Position numbers and translations under genes: made by a program. The notes beneath the pieces were generated by a model, which did not search any database, had not been told where the DNA came from, and was given only the letters and a program-made list of their open reading frames with translations. A DNA stretch of 64,000 nucleotides from a virus (taxonomy: Duplodnaviria > Caudoviricetes): the IMG/VR virus record IMGVR_UViG_3300020050_009209, one strand, 5' to 3'. Below, piece by piece: positions 48,015 to 56,989 of the stretch (the first letter of the stretch is position 1; every line of letters starts with the position of its first letter).

Positions 48015-51000
48015 ATGTACAAGTACGATTACTCCTCTGTCAATTCAGGCCTAAAGGCTGGATACCGACGCATTTTTGCAAGTGATGGTCTTGACGAGGA
48101 TGGTGAGCCTATTGGGGAGATTCAAGTCTCCGAGTACATAATCTTCCTACTTGCGGTAGATACCTACATTCGGTACCTTGAGGAAGCAACCTCCCAAGAG
48201 GACCCGCTGGATGAGGTAGTTGCAAAGGGGCTAAGACTTCTTCGTAACGCCGACTCTGAATTGGACTCGATTAGTTCATTCATGCAAGGGCATCTGGCCT
48301 CTGATACGCATAAGCGAATGCTTTTGAAGTATCTTGAGATCAAAGCTACGAACCCTCAAGGGGTGGGCCGTCGTGCTCTTGGTTTACGGACAATACTCTC
48401 ACGAGGTGGGGCCGCCACTATGAGAGGTGTGTTCCAATCTAACAAGGCATTGAAGCAAGTCCGTGAAGCCATGAGTGCGGCTCAAATGGACAACGCAGAT
48501 GCGGCTCTGGACCTTTTTGCTAAGCTTACGTTTCGTAACATGCGGCTTCGGGGTTGGATTGAGCTGGCGGCTAAAACAGCTATCTCAGGCCAACTTCCAG
48601 CCAATGTCGTGGAGGCTGGAGCCAAGGAAGCTCAAGACCAAAAGAGTAAGTTGCTGGAGGAGAACATCCAACAGATGGCAGCCTCTGGTGGAGACGCATC
48701 TAAGCAGGCCCAAGAAGCTCAGACTACGCAGCTTCTGAAGGTCCAAGATGATGCTACCGCAGCGGCTCGTCAGTCGATGGATCAAGCTGGGGAGCTTGAT
48801 GAGCCTCTTACAAAGTCTCAAGTCGTGGGCATTGCAGTAGCAGCAGCAGCAGCTGCTACGAGCGACCCCTCCAATCCACAAAACGTCCCAGAGGCTCTTC
48901 GTGGGCTTGACGATGAGCAAAGGGCCGCAGCTCTTACAGACGGTAGAGTTGGAGTTTTTGCCGGAGCTGGAGCGGGGAAGTCCAGTACCCTCGTAGCTCG
49001 TGTTGCCTACTTGGTACGAGATCGTAGAGTCAATCCGAGCCGAATTCTGGTGACGAGCTTCAACACCAAGGCAGCCTCCGAGTTGAAAGAGAAGATCGGA
49101 CGCTCGACGAGCGGGGACACCCTCCAGCAGATGTCTGTCGGAACGCTACACTCCATGGGCAAGAGGTTCGTCCTTGAATTCGGGACCCCCGAAGAAAAGT
49201 CCGCGTTGGAGTCCGGCTTCATGCAGGGTGGGGCCACGATCGCAAGAGCGGTCCAGAAGGTCTGGGAGGAGTGCTATGATAAGGACCCGCCGCCCAAGTT
49301 GAAGAATGCAACCATGGACCGGGCGAAGTGGTCGGGTAACGACATCACCCCGGAGATGGCTAAGGCCCAAGCCGTCTCCTCTGAGGAGATGAAGAGCGCC
49401 ATGTGGTACGAGATGTACGAAGGGCTCAAGGGTACAGCAGGTCCGGACTGGGAGCCCCCGTGTAAAGGCAGGGCGTTCGAGAGTTTCATGGGTCGATACC
49501 GACCGCGTGGAGATCGCCTCGGGGACTTCACCGATCAGCTAAAAATCTTCAGGGATATTCTGAAGCGTAACCCAGCTGTCAAGACCAAGGTCCAAGGGAT
49601 GTTCGACCACATCATTGTGGACGAAGCTCAAGATCGAAACACCGTGATGGCGGACATGATAGACCTCATGTCCCAGCATATTACGGACGGGGGAGATGGT
49701 AAGTCATGCTGGATTGTCGGAGACGACAAGCAAGCCATCAACTCCTTCCAAGGAGCCAAGGCGGCACTCTTCAAGGACCTCTTCCAGAAAGAGGGCTGGA
49801 AGACCCGTGTGATTCGCACGAACTATCGGTGCGAGCCTGAAATTGTCGACGCCGCAAACCGGCTCATCGGTCACAACGAGGGGAACGTTCCGATCCCGCA
49901 AGTGGCTGCTCCAGGACGTAAGCCTGGCTTGGGGAGCATCAAGGTTCAAGTGGCTGAGGATGAGGCGGACGCTGCACTCAGCACCATCGAAGAAATCAAG
50001 CAAGCACATGTCAACGGTGACGACCTTACGGACAACGCTGTCTTGTTTCGTACAAACAAGGAGATTCACTCCTACGAGACGGCCTGCATCATTCGCGGCA
50101 TCCCGTATGCCAGGAAGGGGGCTGGGTCTTTCCTGGGTTCGCCTGAGACAAAGGCGGTCTTGAGTTATGTCCAACTCGCAACTGGCTCGGACTTCGAGAA
50201 AATGCAGCAATCGTTGGCTCAAGTCGTTGACACCCCCAATCGTTTTTTCATCTCCGATAAGAAGCGAATCCCAGAGGCTGTGGATCAAGCGCTGGCCCAA
50301 TACGCTCGGGCCGAGGGGTTGAGCATCAAGGCGGTTAATCCACTTGAAGCTCTTGAGGACAGGAATTTCCTTCGTAACTTAGCAGTAAATCTTGGTCGGT
50401 TGACCAAGAGCGGCAAGGGCACCAAGTTCGAGGAGCAGCTTCGGGATCTTGCGGATTCGGTACGGGATCTCAGGATTAGTGCCTCGGACCCCGATTACAA
50501 GACGAAGGACCTGTTCGACGATATCTTGTCTGTCGAAGGAGTCGCCTACGTCAAGGGTTCCCGGCAACCACAGACCTTCCGTGAGAGCCTGAAGGCCGAC
50601 TTGCGGGACGCTCTTGGGGAAGACGACGAGGCCGTTGAATCCGATGAGGATGAGGAGGGCTCAACCAAGGGCCTTGGTAACGTTGCCTTTCTCTACAAGT
50701 TGGCCGAGCCAGATCCCACGGATGAAGATGACGCCATCACCCCGCCCACATCCCCGGATGGTTTCGCGGCAAAGATGTCCCGCTACACCGCCAAGATGCG
50801 TGACCTTCGGACGGACCTCGGTAAGTGGACGAAGGACCAGAACGCGCTCCCTCCAGAACAGCGTAAGAGGCCACCAGGAGTCTATCTCGGTACGGTCCAC
50901 TCAGTGAAGGGCGCGCAGTGGAAAACCACGTTCGTCCAGATGCCGGGTGGGAAGTTCCCCATGGAAATCAAGCCCAAGCCTGGTGAGCCTCCGCCAGACC

Positions 51001-51245
51001 CGGTCAAAGAGGCAGAGCGTTGGGAAGATGAGCGTCGTTTGGGGTACGTAGCCCTGACCCGAGCCGCCAAGAATCTTCGCATCGTTTGCCCCAAGGAAGT
51101 TGGGGGTAGATCGGCCGGAATTAGCCCCTTCGTCCGTGAAGCTGGCCTGGTGGCAGGGGAAAACATCTCGAAACCCGAAACTCCACCTCTCACCAAAGAA
51201 GCCGCAGAGTTGATCGACTTGTACCAGTTGGGGGGTGGGCTATGA
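48015..51245 (+). CDS. UvrD/Rep/PcrA superfamily 1 helicase with ~290-aa N-terminal extension
   Basis: LDDEQ, AGAGAGKS, TSFNTKAA, VDEAQD, VGDDKQAINSFQGA, NYR, TVHSVKGAQW, ERRLGYVALTRA. Confidence 0.95.
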   Translation: MYKYDYSSVNSGLKAGYRRIFASDGLDEDGEPIGEIQVSEYIIFLLAVDTYIRYLEEATSQEDPLDEVVAKGLRLLRNADSELDSISSFMQGHLASDTHKRMLLKYLEIKATNPQGVGRRALGLRTILSRGGAATMRGVFQSNKALKQVREAMSAAQMDNADAALDLFAKLTFRNMRLRGWIELAAKTAISGQLPANVVEAGAKEAQDQKSKLLEENIQQMAASGGDASKQAQEAQTTQLLKVQDDATAAARQSMDQAGELDEPLTKSQVVGIAVAAAAAATSDPSNPQNVPEALRGLDDEQRAAALTDGRVGVFAGAGAGKSSTLVARVAYLVRDRRVNPSRILVTSFNTKAASELKEKIGRSTSGDTLQQMSVGTLHSMGKRFVLEFGTPEEKSALESGFMQGGATIARAVQKVWEECYDKDPPPKLKNATMDRAKWSGNDITPEMAKAQAVSSEEMKSAMWYEMYEGLKGTAGPDWEPPCKGRAFESFMGRYRPRGDRLGDFTDQLKIFRDILKRNPAVKTKVQGMFDHIIVDEAQDRNTVMADMIDLMSQHITDGGDGKSCWIVGDDKQAINSFQGAKAALFKDLFQKEGWKTRVIRTNYRCEPEIVDAANRLIGHNEGNVPIPQVAAPGRKPGLGSIKVQVAEDEADAALSTIEEIKQAHVNGDDLTDNAVLFRTNKEIHSYETACIIRGIPYARKGAGSFLGSPETKAVLSYVQLATGSDFEKMQQSLAQVVDTPNRFFISDKKRIPEAVDQALAQYARAEGLSIKAVNPLEALEDRNFLRNLAVNLGRLTKSGKGTKFEEQLRDLADSVRDLRISASDPDYKTKDLFDDILSVEGVAYVKGSRQPQTFRESLKADLRDALGEDDEAVESDEDEEGSTKGLGNVAFLYKLAEPDPTDEDDAITPPTSPDGFAAKMSRYTAKMRDLRTDLGKWTKDQNALPPEQRKRPPGVYLGTVHSVKGAQWKTTFVQMPGGKFPMEIKPKPGEPPPDPVKEAERWEDERRLGYVALTRAAKNLRIVCPKEVGGRSAGISPFVREAGLVAGENISKPETPPLTKEAAELIDLYQLGGGL

Positions 51246-52039
51246 TGGGTAAGCAAGCCATGTCTGAAGATACCAAAGGGGTTAGATTTGTTGAAGTCAC
51301 CCTCGAAGATATATCCAAGTTCATCTTGCGGAGTTGGCGTGCTCTTCGCCCGAAACAGGGTACAGAGAAGCGTGAAATCTACTATGACCTCGCATTGAGT
51401 GCCAACGTAGCTATCCGTATTTGGACTTCAATTGGGGTGAGTCGTGACATTGGAGCTGATATTGGCTCAGACGCGATTCGCATTCAAATACTCGCCAAAA
51501 AAGGTGGTAGGTCTTGGCCCCTAACCGAGAAGGGTACAAAGGCACCTACCGTCAGACGAACTAAAGGGTGGAAAGATAATCTTCAGGAGCGAGTAGAAGA
51601 CTATCTTGAGTTGTACGAAGAGAAGGAAGCTATATTTGAGGCGCTAGCTACTGGAAACCCCATCCAAGACAAGGCTCCGGAAGTCAGGCAGAGGGATCCA
51701 GAGCCTGAGCAACGCGACCGTGACCCAGAGCCTAGAGGTCGTCCAGCGGATGCGACCTTCACCAAGCTTAGGAGTGGAGAGTGGGGCCTTCGTGTAATCG
51801 GCAAGGCAGGTCCTGGAGATCGTGTCCTAGCCAAACGTCAGAGTGGGCAAGCTCAGATACTAGTCTGTGGTGAGGTTGTCTGGAGTGGTATAGATTATGG
51901 GGATTTCATCACTGTAACCACGATCAGTAAGACACGAACCGCCAGCGGTCCGTGTTCGTGTAAGGTTGGTGCGACGGATGATGGGCCGTGTGGTTGTAAC
52001 TCTGTAGTTGCTTCTTATTCCTATGACCGTAGCAAGTAA
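51242..52039 (+). CDS. Hypothetical two-domain protein
   Basis: ATGA coupling; domains bounded by KQA and RTAS motifs. Confidence 0.55.
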   Translation: MMGKQAMSEDTKGVRFVEVTLEDISKFILRSWRALRPKQGTEKREIYYDLALSANVAIRIWTSIGVSRDIGADIGSDAIRIQILAKKGGRSWPLTEKGTKAPTVRRTKGWKDNLQERVEDYLELYEEKEAIFEALATGNPIQDKAPEVRQRDPEPEQRDRDPEPRGRPADATFTKLRSGEWGLRVIGKAGPGDRVLAKRQSGQAQILVCGEVVWSGIDYGDFITVTTISKTRTASGPCSCKVGATDDGPCGCNSVVASYSYDRSK

Positions 52040-52898
52040 AGACTCAGAATCCCCTCTTACTTTTCAAGTTCTTGTGGACCCTACGCACCCTTCAATTCTG
52101 GAGGGTGCGGTTTCGTTTGAGACTGGAGCTACAAGAGCACAGTTAGCTCCAGGGGTCGCCTATGAGCACCACGGTGAGGAGTTCAGTGCGGAGGACGCTG
52201 GAGCCCTCACGAGGTTCTACGAGGACTTGATCTTGGGGGTCCCGATGCCTCTCACCTTGTCCCTACACAAGGTAGAGGACCTGGATGCTATACTAGCTAC
52301 GGCTTTGTTTCTGCATCGAGACTTGACTCTCCATCCCAACACGACTGGGCTCGTGTCTGCTGTAGATCTTATCCACCGTAGGGGTCCAGCCTTCTATGGG
52401 CACGTAGATGAGGACCTCGCTCGTTTTCTACATGGCCTCCAAGACTATCTCAGACAAGAAACCTCAAAGCAGGAACGTGGAGTCCGGATAGGGACCGCAG
52501 CTCAATGGATTCGAGAGTACGTCCTCGATGGGACCTTGCCGAACCTAGGCCCTCACGCCCCCAGAGTTCGAATCCTAGATGTCGGCACAAATGGATTTGT
52601 ATTAGCTGAGTCGGATCAGCCATCGACCAAGTGTTGGGAGGTGCTGTATCGTTTGGGGTTCCTACGTGGGGTTATACTGGGGCCTCTGGTGGATAGTGAG
52701 CGTCGTATGGTTCTAGCCTCCAAGAAAAGCTCTCATGTTCAATTCGACCTAGCTAGGGCTGCCTCACACCTCAATGAGTTAGAGGTTCTGTCCGGTGGGG
52801 ACTCAGAGTGGGAAGTCTCAGGGGAGTACCTGACGAGTCCGACAGAGGGGTCTGTAGTGCTAGCCAACTACATCCTTCAAGTCCTACTCCGGGTATGA
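52023..52898 (+). CDS. Possible DHH-phosphoesterase-like protein
   Basis: YEHHG, H...DLDAILA and VD..H..GP motifs loosely resemble DHH-family proteins. Confidence 0.4.
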   Translation: MTVASKDSESPLTFQVLVDPTHPSILEGAVSFETGATRAQLAPGVAYEHHGEEFSAEDAGALTRFYEDLILGVPMPLTLSLHKVEDLDAILATALFLHRDLTLHPNTTGLVSAVDLIHRRGPAFYGHVDEDLARFLHGLQDYLRQETSKQERGVRIGTAAQWIREYVLDGTLPNLGPHAPRVRILDVGTNGFVLAESDQPSTKCWEVLYRLGFLRGVILGPLVDSERRMVLASKKSSHVQFDLARAASHLNELEVLSGGDSEWEVSGEYLTSPTEGSVVLANYILQVLLRV

Positions 52899-52925
52899 GG
52901 ATCTTGTTGTGCGGTTTAGGTTAGA

Positions 52926-54146
52926 GTGAGTCGCACCCTTGTTACGATAGCTACGGATGGGTTTCGAGACTATGTAAGTCTCCCCAATGGCGACACAATC
53001 AACCTAGGTACAACCTCGGTCCTAAAGCTGATTACGGAAGTGGTGCCCTTCTCAGCGGATATTCGTAAGGCCCTAGATACCTTCCTAGCTAAAGGTACCG
53101 TCACTTTGGCGGCTGATCAGTCAGCTCTACTGAAGGTTCTTCGCCCAAAGAAGTCCCGATGGGCAGCACATGAGAATCGTTTTATTCCCGTTGGTATACA
53201 AGACCCTAATGGAGTTTGGAATTCAATGAGTACTGACCTGTTTAACTCTAAGCTCGCGTCTCTAGAGACCCTTGTCGAACTTGGTATTGACGAGGACACT
53301 ACTAGGGTTGCTCGTCAGCTTGTGGCGGCTCTAAGGGTAGCAGCGGTTGATGCGGATGCCAAGCGAGAGCTGAGCTTGTTCATTGAGAACGAGGGGCGGT
53401 TGGCAGCTAAGAAGGAGAGTATCCTTACCAACCTACTCCGTAAGTTGAAGTCTGATGGTTACAACCACAGCCAGGCCCCCAAACTTTGGATGTACCTCGT
53501 GGACGAAGGGGCCAAGATGTACGCGAAGGAGATGGGTAGCGGTATTGGGGACGCAAAAAACCTCTTCCCCAAGGAACTCCGAGAGTCTCTCGCAAAGGAC
53601 ATGGCTGACAACGAGCTAGAGCTAATGAAGAATGGGGAGTACGACCATTTGAAGAAGGCTTCTAGCTCGGTAGAGGCTCAAGTGGAGACGGTTGTTGGGC
53701 AAGTAGAGACTGCACTCCAAGTGGTCGAGACTAGCCCTAAGGCCAACACGCACCTGGCTAAGAAAGACCTTCACATCATTGCTACGAAACTAGCTGCTAT
53801 GGTTTCAGAAGATGCGGGTCCTGAGGTCACAGCAGGGCTAGAGGACTTGGCTGGGAAGGTAGCCAAGATCCAGTCTCACTTTGCTTGTGGCGGGGGCTGC
53901 TCAGGTCATGCTCAGAGTGAGGCAGAGAGTCTACTATCCAAGGTTGAAGACACCTTCCAAGTAGTAGAGGCCAGTGGTAAGTCTGGAGCAAACCTAGCGA
54001 AGAAGGACCTACACACTACCACGGTAAGGCTAGCTTCTTTGCTGCGTGAGGGCGGCGTAGATAGCGTCGAGGGTCAAAAGGCTCTACGAAACTTGTCTTT
54101 CAATGTAAGTAAGATTCGGTCTCACTTCGCGAGTCGAGTCGTCTAG
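52926..54146 (+). CDS. Putative internal virion polyprotein with duplicated C-terminal helical repeat
   Basis: Central domain bounded by RVAA and KKAS; LAKKDLH...KI.SHFA occurs twice. Confidence 0.55.
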   Translation: MSRTLVTIATDGFRDYVSLPNGDTINLGTTSVLKLITEVVPFSADIRKALDTFLAKGTVTLAADQSALLKVLRPKKSRWAAHENRFIPVGIQDPNGVWNSMSTDLFNSKLASLETLVELGIDEDTTRVARQLVAALRVAAVDADAKRELSLFIENEGRLAAKKESILTNLLRKLKSDGYNHSQAPKLWMYLVDEGAKMYAKEMGSGIGDAKNLFPKELRESLAKDMADNELELMKNGEYDHLKKASSSVEAQVETVVGQVETALQVVETSPKANTHLAKKDLHIIATKLAAMVSEDAGPEVTAGLEDLAGKVAKIQSHFACGGGCSGHAQSEAESLLSKVEDTFQVVEASGKSGANLAKKDLHTTTVRLASLLREGGVDSVEGQKALRNLSFNVSKIRSHFASRVV

Positions 54147-55054
54147 TGCTTCAAGGACTTCAAATACAGACTTCCCTGTCCGCTCCAAATGAGAGCGGTT
54201 TGGAAGTCTTGTTGAAGGTCTGTAAGGGCCCGTGTGGACTTGATAAGTCTACACTGGAGTTTGGTATTCGTAAAGACAAGAAGGGGCTGGAAGTACTCCG
54301 AACTTGGTGCAAGCCGTGTGAGGTTTTGGCGACTCAAGACTATCTTCGTAGGAAGAAGCTGGGTCTCGGCCCTAAGCCCAAGAAGGTCGTTGCCATTCCT
54401 AAATCGAAGACTTGTGCTGGATGTAAAGAGGACTTGGCGCTGGCTCAATTTAGACCTCGGAAAAGAGGACTCTACGGACGCTACAGTCTCTGTGGTACAT
54501 GCGAGAAGGCCGTTAACCAAGTCTACGTAGAGACCAATAGGGAAGAGATTAACCGAAGGAAACGTGAGTCCTGGTTAGCAACCCCTAAAACTGAGGAGCA
54601 AAAACAAGAAGCTGCGGGTAAAGCAAGGGCTTGGTACAAAGCAAATAGAGAAAGAGCCGTTGCTGTTCGCATTGCTTGGGTTAGGTCCCACCCAGATAGT
54701 CGGATTGCAATAAACAAACGATGGAGGGGCCTTAACCCCTTAAAAGTTGCAGAAAATGTTAGGCAGCGAAGAGTAACCCTTTCCAAAGTTGAGAACACCT
54801 TAACTACCCAAGAGTGGGAGGCTGTCGTACAGTCCTTTGGGGGTCGTTGTGTTTACTGCGGCTCAGGTAGCAAGAAGATCACAATGGACCACATTCAACC
54901 TATCTCAAAGGGTGGGGCTCACTCCAAAGAGAATGTCGTCCCAGCCTGTAAGTCATGTAACTCTCGAAAGGGCGCAAAAGACCCAGCTCTATTCGAGTTT
55001 GTGGTCCACCCAAAGCCAATTTCACACAAGTTTAACGCAAAGAACGGAGCGTAA
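54146..55054 (+). mobile_element. HNH homing endonuclease
   Basis: CVYCG...TMDHIQPISKGGAHSKENVVPACKSCNSRKG; N-terminal CxxC pairs. Confidence 0.92.
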
Positions 55055-55056
55055 GT

Positions 55057-55797
55057 ATGGGATCCCCTCAGCAGGAATTAAATTCCTACATTTATCGTAT
55101 GGGTACGGCGCCAAACACTAGGGTAGCTGTAAGCCAAAAGAACAAAATTTTCGGGTATATGACCGGAAAGCAAGGATTTCAGCAGATCGGAGTTATCTCC
55201 GAGTTCGGCTTCGACGAGTCCAGGACCATTGACGCTGTACGTGGCGTAGGTTTCGGAGATCAGGTTGCCGAGTTGGTGCCTGGAGTCACTGAGCCGATGA
55301 CACTGACCCTAAACCGTACCCTACTCTACACCGTCAACATCTTTCAGGTGTTGGGTTACAAAGGTGGCGTAGAGGGTCTTGTACGCTCTCTAAAGCACCA
55401 CAGGTGGCCTTTCGACCTCAAGCAGGAGCTTGTCTTCTCGGAGATCAGCTCAGATGCAAAAGACGTGAGTGCCCCTGGGTTAAAAAACTCTGTGAGCGCA
55501 GGTAGAGCGACAGCTGGAGTAAATGGGCTCCTAAATGGTGGTTCTATCAAGGCGCTCTTTACCTTTTATGAGGGATGCTGGTTGAACAGCTACTCGGCTT
55601 CGTTTACGTCAGATGCCGCTATGGTAGCTGAGAATAGCTCCGTAACGGTAACTGACATCATCGATGGGTTCTCGGATTACGGAGAGTTCATTGATTCGGG
55701 TCTAGCGCCAATCGGCGCTAACGGGTCGGCTGGAGCTGGGTACAGTCTTCGTTTTGCAGGTGGAGCTGCCTCGAATACGGCGGTAGGGGCAGTCTAA
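55057..55797 (+). CDS. Tail tube protein
   Basis: IGVISEF..DESR....VRGVG...ELVPG...TLTLNR; YEGCWLNSYS.....D...VAEN.SV.V pattern; upstream of chaperones and tape measure. Confidence 0.8.
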   Translation: MGSPQQELNSYIYRMGTAPNTRVAVSQKNKIFGYMTGKQGFQQIGVISEFGFDESRTIDAVRGVGFGDQVAELVPGVTEPMTLTLNRTLLYTVNIFQVLGYKGGVEGLVRSLKHHRWPFDLKQELVFSEISSDAKDVSAPGLKNSVSAGRATAGVNGLLNGGSIKALFTFYEGCWLNSYSASFTSDAAMVAENSSVTVTDIIDGFSDYGEFIDSGLAPIGANGSAGAGYSLRFAGGAASNTAVGAV

Positions 55798-55893
55798 CCC
55801 CTCACAAACTAACAGATTAAGATAAACGTAGAGAGACTAGATCGGATCAAATTCCCTTTCTGTCTCTCCCACCTATGGGTGCGGAGAACACAC

Positions 55894-56979
55894 ATGGCAA
55901 CACTCTCAGCGAAGAAGATCACTGAAGCACTAAAGAAGGCTCAGAACGTAGGGCACACAGAAGAGGCATTTACCATAGGAGGCTGCGAAATAGTGCTTCG
56001 CAGCCTCACTTCCGATGAGTACATCGTGGTAATGTCTGAGATCGAAGAGGTCCCTGAGGCTGGTTACGTAAAGGCATTCAAGCAAGAGCACTTAGCTCGG
56101 TCTATCATAGAGGTCAATGGTATTGACCTACGAAACGTAGACTTTGTTGCGGTGGATGTTGAGGACTTGGATCCTCAGACCCGAAAGACCGTGATCAAAG
56201 AGGTCAAGGTAGAGCGTCACGCATTCATTCGGGATTACGTGATCTCGAATTGGGCAAGAGAGGCTCTTGACGTAGCTTTCCGTAAGTTCAATGACGTAGT
56301 TACGGTAGCCGAAAGAAAAGCCTCCGAGGGAGTAACTTTCTTGACCCCAGATGAGACTGGGGAGGAACGTTACCGTAGGCTCCTACTTGAGGCGAAGGCG
56401 ATTGAGGGATCTGTCTCGATTGACCTAGTCAATCGAATTCGTGAGGAGGTTGGCTTTGTTGGGGGTGAGGCGAAAGCAACCCCTGAGGAGTACAAAGCTG
56501 CGGGGGACCGCCTTGCAGCTTTGGAGCCTGAGCCTGAAGAAGAGGTCTTCACCAAAGACCCAGAGCCCCCTCTCCCAGAGCCAACCCCTCGAAGGGCTAC
56601 CCCTCCTCGCATGGTCGTAGAGGCTCCTACTCAGGTTCAAGATCCTACAGAGCCAACCCCTGACCCTGATGAGTTGATGACTCGACGTCAACCTCTGAAC
56701 CAAAGGGTCGTGGCTGTACCTCAACCTGTAACTCCTCCTCAGGCATTGCACGTAAACCCTGTCATCCCGGCCTCCCCAGCTGCTCTTAAGCGAGCAGCTG
56801 AGATTGCAGCACTAGAGGGAGACTTTAGCGCGGAGCCAGAACCAGCTATTCAAGGGGGCACAGAGGTAGCTGAGTTGACCCGAGTACAACCTAAGTTGGA
56901 TCCAGCAGCGCTAGCTCCTATCTTTGATCAGCCACCTACTCTAGGCCTCAACCCACGGTTTAGGCCACCTCCGAGATAG
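55894..56979 (+). CDS. Putative tail assembly chaperone
   Basis: IVLRSLTSDE...LARSIIEVNG; between tube and tape measure; Pro-rich tail. Confidence 0.65.
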   Translation: MATLSAKKITEALKKAQNVGHTEEAFTIGGCEIVLRSLTSDEYIVVMSEIEEVPEAGYVKAFKQEHLARSIIEVNGIDLRNVDFVAVDVEDLDPQTRKTVIKEVKVERHAFIRDYVISNWAREALDVAFRKFNDVVTVAERKASEGVTFLTPDETGEERYRRLLLEAKAIEGSVSIDLVNRIREEVGFVGGEAKATPEEYKAAGDRLAALEPEPEEEVFTKDPEPPLPEPTPRRATPPRMVVEAPTQVQDPTEPTPDPDELMTRRQPLNQRVVAVPQPVTPPQALHVNPVIPASPAALKRAAEIAALEGDFSAEPEPAIQGGTEVAELTRVQPKLDPAALAPIFDQPPTLGLNPRFRPPPR

Positions 56980-56989
56980 GTAGGCGCAA

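Noticed and set aside
16816-55054. Group I introns housing the endonucleases
   Set aside because: Flanking genes appear complete and there is no non-coding room for an intron core; a covariance search would be needed to exclude this fully
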